NCBI GenBank assembly: GCA_049970495.1
Contig: JBMFMV010000014.1
Coordinates: forward strand, 1 to 32,066
Source: a bacterium
Lineage (GTDB): Bacteria; DUMJ01
Direction of reading: 5' to 3'
DNA length: 32,066 nucleotides
Shown: positions 1-8,090 of the stretch, one piece after another
Layout of the letters: every line of letters starts with the position of its first letter
Numbering within the stretch: position 1 is the first letter of the stretch
Translations under genes and position numbers: made by a program
The notes under the pieces: model-generated
Database searches by the model: none
The model's input: only the letters and a program-made list of their open reading frames with translations
What the model was told of the DNA's origin: nothing

Positions 1-333
1 GGCATATCCTGCATTACTCCACAGTAACCAATCAAACGGAAAACCTCTTCCTCCTCCGTACCCTATAAACTCCACTATACAGGGTAATTTCTTTGTTCTT
101 ACTTTTGGTATTATTAACCAGCCTTTTATCCTCTGTCCCTTATATCCTGAAAAAGTGACATCAAACGTCTCTACTGAATCCAAATAGTAATCTACCTTTT
201 CAAAAACGGGATTAAGTGGATATTGCTCCGCCTCTTTTATGGTCTCTCTCCAGAAAGAGTCAAAGTCTGGCTCTTCATACCTTTCTGGTAGGTAAGTTTT
301 TAACTTTTCTAGTGGCATATCAAAATAAGCCAT
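1..333 (-). CDS. Acetyl xylan esterase / cephalosporin-C deacetylase (CE7), N-terminal part, runs off the window edge
   Basis: Not in the ORF track; translated by hand from ATG at 333: [28 protein letters not shown]...[17 protein letters not shown]...[18 protein letters not shown], closely resembling Thermotoga CE7 AxeA. SD GGAGGTG at 341-347 (minus strand). Confidence 0.92.
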   Translation of the reverse strand, partial: MAYFDMPLEKLKTYLPERYEEPDFDSFWRETIKEAEQYPLNPVFEKVDYYLDSVETFDVTFSGYKGQRIKGWLIIPKVRTKKLPCIVEFIGYGGGRGFPFDWLLWSNAGYA

Positions 334-367
334 ATCCTATCACCTCCAAGATTTTTTACTAAGGGAT

Positions 368-376
368 ATTTTACCA
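368..376 (-). promoter_or_regulatory. Extended -10 promoter (TG-G-TAAAAT) for the CE7 gene
   Basis: Reverse complement of 368-376 is TGGTAAAAT, about 35 nt upstream of the start codon. No good -35 seen. Confidence 0.5.
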
Positions 377-465
377 TAATATTGCGTAAAGAGTAGTATA
401 ATATTATATATAGTGATGGAGAAACATTTTACTTTTGCAATTCCTATCGAAGGAGGAATCAATGT

Positions 466-1479
466 ATGTCTGTAAAAGAGGACAATGTTGTTGCCAAGAA
501 ACCCAATAGAATTATTTGGCTTTTAAATGAAAGATGTAACTTAAAATGTAAATTCTGTTATGTAGCAGGTAGGTTTGGAGATAATAATGGATTAAAGCTG
601 AGTGAAATAATAAAGGCTTTAGATGATTTAATAGAGCTTGGGATAAAGAGGATAGATTTTACTGGTGGAGAAGTCCTTTTGAGGGAAGATATTCTTACTA
701 TTTTAGAGGAGGCTAGAAAGAGGGGGATACAGAAGGTAACTATAAATACTAATGGTACGTTAGTATCTAAAAAGATAGCTGAAGTATTGGCAAAGAATAA
801 TGTTGAAGTATATCTAAGTATAGATGGAGCTACTAGAGAGACCCATGAAAGTATTAGAGGGATTGGTACCTGGGACAAAGCACTTAAAGCTGTAGAATTA
901 TTCAAATCTTTTGATGTCAAGTTCTATACTGTTTTTGCATGCAGTAAGATAAATGCTGGTGAAGTTACAGATTATATAGCACTATCTAAAGAGTTAGGGA
1001 GTTCTAAGGCTTGTATAATACCTGTACTTCCCGTAGGAAGGGCTACCAAGGAAATAATACTTGGTAAAGAAGAGTTGATGGAAATACTTTACAGAATAGA
1101 AGATACCGCGAAGTCAATCAAATTTAGCACTGAAGTATGGTGTGTACCTTTTGCCGGATTAATAATAAATTCTCCCTATGTCTCCTTCTTTGGATGTAGA
1201 ACTATGGATGAGATGGATATTACCCCTACTGGAGATGTCTTGGTCTGCGATACAGTAGATGTATCCTTTGGGAATATTAGGGAGGGTGTCGCTAAGGTTT
1301 GGAGAAAGTTAATAGGTAGTGAATTGGCTCTTGGATTATTAAAAACTGTTGAATCTCCCCCTTGTAATAGTTGTTCAATTAAAGAATTATGTTATGGAGG
1401 ATGCTATGCTAGGGCAAAGTTCCTCAGTAATAATATCTATTCTCCCGATCCGATGTGCCCTAGAGTAGTCTCTTTCTAA
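466..1479 (+). CDS. Radical SAM protein with SPASM domain (PqqE/NirJ/AhbC-like superfamily), function unknown
   Basis: CNLKCKFC (CX3CX2C), FTGGE, INTNG, LSIDG motifs; C-terminal C-X11-G-X4-C ... CNSCSIKELCYGGC (CX2CX5CX3C) ... PDPMCP. SD AAGGAGG upstream. Confidence 0.9.
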   Translation: MSVKEDNVVAKKPNRIIWLLNERCNLKCKFCYVAGRFGDNNGLKLSEIIKALDDLIELGIKRIDFTGGEVLLREDILTILEEARKRGIQKVTINTNGTLVSKKIAEVLAKNNVEVYLSIDGATRETHESIRGIGTWDKALKAVELFKSFDVKFYTVFACSKINAGEVTDYIALSKELGSSKACIIPVLPVGRATKEIILGKEELMEILYRIEDTAKSIKFSTEVWCVPFAGLIINSPYVSFFGCRTMDEMDITPTGDVLVCDTVDVSFGNIREGVAKVWRKLIGSELALGLLKTVESPPCNSCSIKELCYGGCYARAKFLSNNIYSPDPMCPRVVSF

Positions 1480-1485
1480 TCTTTT

Positions 1486-1494
1486 TGCTATAAT
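1486..1494 (+). promoter_or_regulatory. Extended -10 promoter (TG-C-TATAAT) for the kinase operon
   Basis: TGCTATAAT in the 51 bp gap between the radical SAM stop and the kinase start. Confidence 0.6.
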
Positions 1495-1530
1495 TTATCC
1501 GAAATCTTATTAAGAAGAGAGGTGTAAAAA

Positions 1531-3093
1531 ATGAAAGGGAAGTATATTGTTACCCTAGATGCGGGGACTGGTAGTGGAAGGTGTCTTATCTTTGACTTAG
1601 AAGGGAATCAGATAGCCCAAGCTCAGGAAGAGTGGATCCCGAAAGAAATTCCAGAATATCCAGGCTCTCAAGAGTTTGATACTAAAGAGGCGTGGGAGAT
1701 TCTCTGTAGAACTATTAAAAACGCTATGGCTAGAGCAGGGATAAAATCAGAAGAGGTGCTAGCTATAACGGCAAGTAGTATGAGAGAAGGGATGGTCCTT
1801 TATGACAAAGAAGGAAACGAAATCTGGGCATGTACAAATCTTGATGCAAGGGCAGTAGATGAAGCTGTAGAACTTATAAATTCAGGAGCAGCAGAAAAAA
1901 TCTTCAAAATCGGTGGAGATTGGGTAAATATTATAGACCCTCCTAGATTCCTATGGTTGAAGAAACATCAGCCTGAAATCTTTAACAGGATAGGGCATAT
2001 GAATATGCTAAGTGACTGGGTTCTCTACAAACTTTCAGGTAAGATCATTACAGATCCATCAATCGGCTCTAGTTCTGGTATGTTTGACTTAGCAAAAAGA
2101 ACCTGGTCTGATGAGATTATAGACATGGTAGGCTTGAGTAAAGATATATTCCCTCCAGTATACGAGTCTGGAACTATTATAGGTGAAGTAACTGAACAGG
2201 CAGCTAAGGATACCGGTTTACTACCTGGAACCCCTGTAGTTACTGGTGGAGCAGATACTCAGCTTGCCTTAATTGGTGTTAGCGCAGTTGAAAACAATAG
2301 GTATGTAATAGTTGGAGGAACTCAGTGGCAGACCGCTGTAGTTACTGACAAGCCCCTCATAGACCCAAAATTTAGAGTAAGGACATTATGCCACAGTATG
2401 CCTGGTTTTTGGATGACGGAAGGGATTGGTTTCTATCACGGCTTTTCTACACGCTGGTTTAGAGACGCCTTCTGTCAATTGGAAAAGGAGATGGCTAAAC
2501 AGATGGGAGTTGATCCGTATTATCTCTTGGAAAAACTCGCCGAGCAGGCACCTCCTGGATCTAACGGTATTATTGCTATCTTCTCCGATGTTATGAATGC
2601 TAGAAGATGGAAGCATGCGGCACCTTCTTTCTTACAGTTTGATATACTCTCCCCCCAGACTTCTGGTAAGAAAGAGTGTTATAGAGCTTTAGAAGAAAAT
2701 GCTGCATATGTTTCGTATGGAAACTACCAAATTTTGTTAGAACTTACCAATACTCCAGCAGAAGAGATAGTATTTTGTGGAGGTTCTTCTAAAGGTTTTC
2801 TTTGGCCCCAGATTATGGCTGATGTATATGGGGTAAGAATTAAGGTCCCGGTAGTTAAAGAGGCAACATCGTTAGGTTCAGCTATGGTAGTTGGTGTTGC
2901 TATGGGTGTTTATAAAGATTTACAAGAGGCGGTAGAAAAATTGGTGAGGTTTGAAAGAATATATGAACCCAATATAGAGAATCATAAGGCTTATCAGAAG
3001 TACTATAAAAAGTGGAGAGAGATATATCCTAGGATGCTTCAACTTGTAGATGAGGGATTGCTAAAGCCTATGTGGAGAGCTCCTGGGACATAG
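1531..3093 (+). CDS. lsrK: FGGY carbohydrate kinase, autoinducer-2 kinase (LsrK)-like
   Basis: LDAGTGSGR, IFDLEGNQIA, PGSQEFD, SSMREGMVLY, IWACTNLDARA, GGADTQ and C-terminal MWRAPG follow E. coli LsrK much more closely than generic FGGY kinases. Substrate not proven. Confidence 0.8.
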   Translation: MKGKYIVTLDAGTGSGRCLIFDLEGNQIAQAQEEWIPKEIPEYPGSQEFDTKEAWEILCRTIKNAMARAGIKSEEVLAITASSMREGMVLYDKEGNEIWACTNLDARAVDEAVELINSGAAEKIFKIGGDWVNIIDPPRFLWLKKHQPEIFNRIGHMNMLSDWVLYKLSGKIITDPSIGSSSGMFDLAKRTWSDEIIDMVGLSKDIFPPVYESGTIIGEVTEQAAKDTGLLPGTPVVTGGADTQLALIGVSAVENNRYVIVGGTQWQTAVVTDKPLIDPKFRVRTLCHSMPGFWMTEGIGFYHGFSTRWFRDAFCQLEKEMAKQMGVDPYYLLEKLAEQAPPGSNGIIAIFSDVMNARRWKHAAPSFLQFDILSPQTSGKKECYRALEENAAYVSYGNYQILLELTNTPAEEIVFCGGSSKGFLWPQIMADVYGVRIKVPVVKEATSLGSAMVVGVAMGVYKDLQEAVEKLVRFERIYEPNIENHKAYQKYYKKWREIYPRMLQLVDEGLLKPMWRAPGT

Positions 3094-3107
3094 AGGAGGG
3101 AAGAGTT

Positions 3108-5060
3108 ATGTATTATGGAGTTGATTATTATCCAGAACACTGGCCAGAGGAAAGATGGGAGATAGATGCTAGCCTTATGGAGTCGGCAGGTATTAATGTT
3201 GTCAGACTTGCAGAATTTGCATGGGTTAAACTAGAACCAAAAGAAGGACATTATGACTTCTCTTGGCTTGATAAGGTCATAGATATATTAAGTAGACATG
3301 GTATAAAGGTTGTGCTTGGTACGCCTACTGCTAGCCCTCCTATGTGGCTAGTCAAGAGATATCCACAGGTTCTTCCTAGAGACAAAGATGGACATATAAT
3401 GGGTCCTGGAGGAAGGAGGCATTATTGTTATAACAGTCCTGAATATAGAGAACTTACAAGAAAGATAGTAACTGCTATGGCTGAGCATTATAAAGATAAT
3501 TATAATGTTATTGGCTGGCAGATTGATAATGAATTGGGCTGTCATGAGAGTAATAGATGCTACTGTGACAACTGCCTTACAAAATTTAGGGAATGGGTAA
3601 AGAAAAAATATGGAACACTTGAGAACCTAAATAGATCTTGGGGAACCATTTTTTGGAGTCAGACTTATACTGATTGGGATGAGATTATAATTCCTAAAAG
3701 AACCGTTGGTTCTCATAATCCTAGTCTTCTTTTAGACTTCTTACGCTTTGTCTCTGACTCTACTATAGAGTATCAGAACTTCCAGGTTGAAATCTTAAAG
3801 AAGATCTGTCCTGATAAGTTTGTAACTCATAATCTTATGGGGCTCTTTGGAGGATTAGATTATTACAAGCTGGCGGAATCTTTAGACTTCATCTCTTGGG
3901 ATAATTATCCAAGATTTAGAGAAAATCCGGATCCTTCAAGAATAGCCCTTTCTCACGATGTAATGAGAGGGGTTAATAGAGGTAAGCCATTCTGGGTGAT
4001 GGAGGAGCAGAGCGGAGCAGCTGGATGGGAAATATTTGGTCCGCATCCTTTACCTGGAGAGATTAGACTATGGTCTTATCAAGGTATAGCTCATGGTGCA
4101 GATGCAATAGTCTATTTCAGATGGAGAACTTGTAGATTTGGAACAGAGGAGTATTGGCATGGTATATTAGACCACGATGGGATTCCTCGGAGAAGATACG
4201 AAGAAGTAAAAAGGATGGGGAAAGAGCTTAAAAATCTTACTGAATTAGAAGGGTCTATCTATAAGGCAGAGACCGCTATTGTATATTCTTATGATATAAG
4301 ATGGGCATTAGAAATACAACCAAATAATCCTGATTTCAGTTATATGGAACAGATACAGAAGTACTACACAGGTCTATTTAATCAGCATGTACCTGTTGAT
4401 ATTGTCCATCCATTAGCGGATCTATCTAGATATAAATTAGTTATAGCTCCTAGCCTGTACCTTATGACTTCAGAGATTAAGGAGAATCTAGAGAGATATG
4501 TAAAGAATGGTGGTACATTAGTGGTTACACTTAGGTCTGGAGTGAAAGATTGGAATAATGTAGTTACTGACAAGACCTTGCCAGGAGAACTATCAGAATT
4601 ACTGGGTATAGAGATAGAGGAGTACTATTCTATGCCTCCAGATGAGAGATACCATATAAAAGGTATAGGACCGGAGAGATTTACATGTAAAGCTATATGC
4701 GAATTTGTTAATCCTAAGAATGCAGAAGTAATAGCATTATATGAAGATGGACCATTTGCAGGGAAACCTGCAGTGACAATAAATAGATTCGGCAGTGGAG
4801 AATCAATTTATGTTGGAGCAGATGTTGATATAGAATACGTAGAGTTTCTTTTGTTCTGGCTTATAACAAGGAGCAAGATAGATATTATAGCTATGGGACC
4901 TAAGAATGTGGAAGTGACTATAAGAGAAGGTAATAATGGTGCAAAATTTATTTTCCTTTTAAACCACAGCGATAAATCGGAGACTATAAAGTTGTCATTC
5001 CCCGGCTATATAGAGGAGATAACTCTAGAGCCAAAAGATGTTAGGATAATCAAGAGGTGA
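3108..5060 (+). CDS. Beta-galactosidase, family GH42
   Basis: YGVDYYPEHW N-terminus, WQIDNE (acid/base), FWVMEEQ (nucleophile), CYCDNC zinc site. Start moved from 3072 to ATG 3108, which follows the SD GAGGAGG. Confidence 0.93.
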   Translation: MYYGVDYYPEHWPEERWEIDASLMESAGINVVRLAEFAWVKLEPKEGHYDFSWLDKVIDILSRHGIKVVLGTPTASPPMWLVKRYPQVLPRDKDGHIMGPGGRRHYCYNSPEYRELTRKIVTAMAEHYKDNYNVIGWQIDNELGCHESNRCYCDNCLTKFREWVKKKYGTLENLNRSWGTIFWSQTYTDWDEIIIPKRTVGSHNPSLLLDFLRFVSDSTIEYQNFQVEILKKICPDKFVTHNLMGLFGGLDYYKLAESLDFISWDNYPRFRENPDPSRIALSHDVMRGVNRGKPFWVMEEQSGAAGWEIFGPHPLPGEIRLWSYQGIAHGADAIVYFRWRTCRFGTEEYWHGILDHDGIPRRRYEEVKRMGKELKNLTELEGSIYKAETAIVYSYDIRWALEIQPNNPDFSYMEQIQKYYTGLFNQHVPVDIVHPLADLSRYKLVIAPSLYLMTSEIKENLERYVKNGGTLVVTLRSGVKDWNNVVTDKTLPGELSELLGIEIEEYYSMPPDERYHIKGIGPERFTCKAICEFVNPKNAEVIALYEDGPFAGKPAVTINRFGSGESIYVGADVDIEYVEFLLFWLITRSKIDIIAMGPKNVEVTIREGNNGAKFIFLLNHSDKSETIKLSFPGYIEEITLEPKDVRIIKR

Positions 5061-5064
5061 AGAG

Positions 5065-5709
5065 ATGTTAGAGAGACTCAGAGAAGAAGTTTGTGAGATG
5101 AATCTTGAGTTAGCAAGGAATAGGCTAGTCACTATGTTTAGTGGAAATGTAAGTGGTAGGGATCCAGAGACAAATTATGTAGTTATAAAGCCTAGCGGAA
5201 TGAGCTATAGGGATATGAAACCTGAAGATATGGTTATCGTTGATATGAATGGGAATGTAGTAGAAGGAAAACATAAACCATCGGTGGATACCCTTACTCA
5301 TCTTTATATATACAGACATAGACCTGATGTAAATGGTATTACTCATACACATTCTAACTATGCGACAAGTTTTGCAGCCCTTGGCCAGCCTATCCCTGTT
5401 TATCTTACCGCTATGGCGGATGATTTTGGAGGTCCCGTCCCTTGCACAGACTATGCACCTGTTGGTAGTGATGCTATTGGAAGAGAAATATTGAGAGTTA
5501 TAGGAAAAAGTCCAGCGGTTTTAGTAAAGAATCATGGGGTATTCACTATAGGAAAATCTCCTTCAGAGGCATTAAAGATTGCAGTTATGTTAGAAGATAT
5601 AGCAAAGACCATCCATTTAGCTCTTCTTAGAGGAAAGCCAGAAGAGATACCTCCGGAAGAAGTAGAAAGGGCATATAATTGGCACCAAAAATTTTACGGA
5701 CAAAAATAG
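5065..5709 (+). CDS. araD: Class II aldolase/adducin family protein, L-ribulose-5-phosphate 4-epimerase-like
   Basis: SGNVS, IKPSG, PSVDT (Asp as in AraD, not the Glu of FucA), HTHS, NHG, C-terminal YGQK. Confidence 0.8.
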   Translation: MLERLREEVCEMNLELARNRLVTMFSGNVSGRDPETNYVVIKPSGMSYRDMKPEDMVIVDMNGNVVEGKHKPSVDTLTHLYIYRHRPDVNGITHTHSNYATSFAALGQPIPVYLTAMADDFGGPVPCTDYAPVGSDAIGREILRVIGKSPAVLVKNHGVFTIGKSPSEALKIAVMLEDIAKTIHLALLRGKPEEIPPEEVERAYNWHQKFYGQK

Positions 5710-7079
5710 AAGACCTAGAAATAGTAGAAGGTGTAGTTTTAGCAAAGCCTAGCGAGAATTTAGTTAGAGAGGTATGGAGGCTTGCATGGCCTACCTTTGC
5801 TGAGTCCCTCTTAGGGACTATGACTCAGATAATGGATACCGCTATGGTTGGTAGGTTAGGTCCTGTTGCTGTAGCATCTACCGGGATAGGTATGCAGCCT
5901 CTCTTCCTTGCCCAAGGTATATTTATGGGTATAAGTATCGCAACAAATGCTATAGTGGCAAGGTATGTGGGAGCAGACGAGAGAGAAAATGCTAGGATAA
6001 TTACTGGACAATCACTTACTATATCTACATTACTTGCTCTAATAATCTTTCTTCCTTTACTCTTTATATGTAGAGATATCGTCATCTTTATGGGGGCTAG
6101 AGATGAAGTAATTAAGTATGGAACTATATACCTATCCTGGATAATCCCTGGACTTATATTTATGACTGCCACTATGGGTATAGTTGGGGCATTAAGGGGT
6201 GCTGGAGATACTAAGACTCCTATGTACATTAATGTCCTTGTAAATATAATAAATATCTTTGGAAACTATGTATTGATTTATGGAAAATTAGGCTTTCCAA
6301 TGCTTGGAGTCGAAGGGGCTGCCATAGCCACTACATTCTCTAGACTAATCGGAGCTATCTTACTTGTCCTTGTAATCTTTAATAAAAAATCGTCAATGAG
6401 TACAGATTTGAGGCACTGTCTTCGTTTAGATAGAGAATTCATACTAAAGTTGCTTAATATTGCCTATCCTGCATCTCTTGAAAGAATAGTTTTAAGTGTT
6501 GCCCTTCTCTTTTACACTAGGATAGTAGCATTATTAGGGACCATTCCATATGCAGCCCATAGCATAGCTATGAATGCAGAGTCTCTTTCTTTTATGCCTG
6601 GACTAGCTTTTGCTACTGCAGCAACAACTTTAGTAGGTCAGAGTCTTGGAGCCAAAAATCCAGATAGAGCAGAGGTAGCAACATATACCTGTTTAAGATT
6701 GGGTATCTATTTTATGGGAGGTATGGGCATCCTTTTCTTCTCTATTCCAGAACTCTTTATGCGCATATATACTAATAATGTAGATGTTATAAGTTATGGT
6801 TCTCAGGCATTAAAGGTTGTTGCCTTTTCGCAGATCCCAATGGCTATATCCTTCATTGTTTCTGGTGCTCTACGTGGAGCAGGTGATACCAAGACTGTCT
6901 TATATGCCACTGCTGTAGCAGTATGGTGTGTAAGGCTTCCCCTTGCACATCTTTTCGTTAATACTTTTGGAATGGGCTTCTTTGGAGCCTGGTTGGTTAT
7001 GATATTTGATTGGCTATTCAGGTTAAGTTGGCTCGTTGCCAAGTTTAGAAGTGGTAGCTGGAAAGATATAAAGATATAA
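5679..7079 (+). CDS. MATE family efflux transporter
   Basis: LAWP, DTAMVGRLG, twofold LRGAGDTKT repeat, VGQSLGA and about 12 hydrophobic segments. The TTG start overlaps the araD end; exact start uncertain. Confidence 0.9.
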   Translation: MAPKILRTKIEDLEIVEGVVLAKPSENLVREVWRLAWPTFAESLLGTMTQIMDTAMVGRLGPVAVASTGIGMQPLFLAQGIFMGISIATNAIVARYVGADERENARIITGQSLTISTLLALIIFLPLLFICRDIVIFMGARDEVIKYGTIYLSWIIPGLIFMTATMGIVGALRGAGDTKTPMYINVLVNIINIFGNYVLIYGKLGFPMLGVEGAAIATTFSRLIGAILLVLVIFNKKSSMSTDLRHCLRLDREFILKLLNIAYPASLERIVLSVALLFYTRIVALLGTIPYAAHSIAMNAESLSFMPGLAFATAATTLVGQSLGAKNPDRAEVATYTCLRLGIYFMGGMGILFFSIPELFMRIYTNNVDVISYGSQALKVVAFSQIPMAISFIVSGALRGAGDTKTVLYATAVAVWCVRLPLAHLFVNTFGMGFFGAWLVMIFDWLFRLSWLVAKFRSGSWKDIKI

Positions 7080-7194
7080 AAGAAGAAACGATGTAACTGT
7101 TTTATTAATATCAAATCTTTTCGAGATTAATTATCTTGAGCATATCAAATTTAGAGCACTTTTTGTATTTTATAAATCACTTTTTCTAATACCA

Positions 7195-7224
7195 TTGACA
7201 AATTAGATTTATATAGTTTATAAT
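7195..7224 (+). promoter_or_regulatory. Consensus sigma70/sigmaA promoter for the deoR-GH2-ABC locus
   Basis: TTGACA (7195-7200), 18 bp spacer, TATAAT (7219-7224). Confidence 0.8.
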
Positions 7225-7259
7225 TAATCATAGCGAGTAGATATGAGAGGTTTAGAATT

Positions 7260-8081
7260 GTGGATTCAATAGCTAAAATAAATAGAAGAAGAAAGATCTT
7301 AGATATACTTGAGGCTAGAGGTACCTTATCTATAAATGAATTAGCAGAAATCTTAAATATTTCTCCAATTACATTAAGGAAAGATTTACAAGATTTAGAA
7401 AAGCAACGTCTTATAACAAGGATATGGGGAGGAGTTGCTTTATCTACCCATCCTGTTACTCCGGAACCTCCTTTTGAAGATAGGAGTGTAGAAAATCTCA
7501 ATGAAAAAAGGGCTATAGCTAGAGTTGCTATTACTCTAGTAAAACCAAACGATGTAATCGCTCTAGGTGGAGGAACTACTATTTATGAATTTGCCAAGCT
7601 TTTGGGTGGAATCCCAAATGTACAAGTAATTACTAACTCTGTGAATATTGCCTATCTACTGCTTAGACTTGGTGTTAGAATCGCTATGCCCGGTGGGTTT
7701 TCAAGAGAAGGATCTTATAATCTTTTTGGTGATAGGGCTGAAGAGTTTTTTAGAAATATCTTTATAGATAAATGCTTTATAGGGGTAGATGGTGTAGATG
7801 TAGATGGAGGATTAACAACTTTAAATCCAAGCGAAGTAAGCATATACGTCTCTATGATTAATTCTGCTCATACCGTAATAGTCTTGGCAGACCATACAAA
7901 ATTAGGTCAAAAGAAACTTATACCTATGAGTCCTATAAACAAAGTGGATATTCTTATCACTGATGAATTAGCGTCCAAAGACACAATAAGAGGTTTTGAG
8001 AAAAAAGGGGTAAAAGTCGAGATAGCACCCTTAGAGCCGCAAGTTGGAAGCTATAGCCACAGTGAATATAAGTTCAAGTAA
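7260..8081 (+). CDS. DeoR/GlpR family transcriptional regulator
   Basis: N-terminal HTH (RRRKIL...SPITLRKDLQDLEKQ...RIWGG); sugar-binding domain GGGTT, VITNS, LADHTK, LITD. GTG start. Confidence 0.93.
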   Translation: MDSIAKINRRRKILDILEARGTLSINELAEILNISPITLRKDLQDLEKQRLITRIWGGVALSTHPVTPEPPFEDRSVENLNEKRAIARVAITLVKPNDVIALGGGTTIYEFAKLLGGIPNVQVITNSVNIAYLLLRLGVRIAMPGGFSREGSYNLFGDRAEEFFRNIFIDKCFIGVDGVDVDGGLTTLNPSEVSIYVSMINSAHTVIVLADHTKLGQKKLIPMSPINKVDILITDELASKDTIRGFEKKGVKVEIAPLEPQVGSYSHSEYKFK

Positions 8082-8090
8082 GGAGGGAAA

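Noticed and set aside
3072..3107. Longer N-termini given by the ORF track for GH42 (also 23668-23727 and 26763-26777)
   Set aside because: Downstream ATGs have well-spaced SD sequences and match family N-termini.
466..5709. 5-deoxyribose salvage pathway (radical SAM by-product; kinase plus class II aldolase)
   Set aside because: That pathway uses an MtnK-type kinase and an MtnA-type isomerase. Here the kinase is FGGY, no such isomerase is present, and the class II protein has epimerase-type residues.
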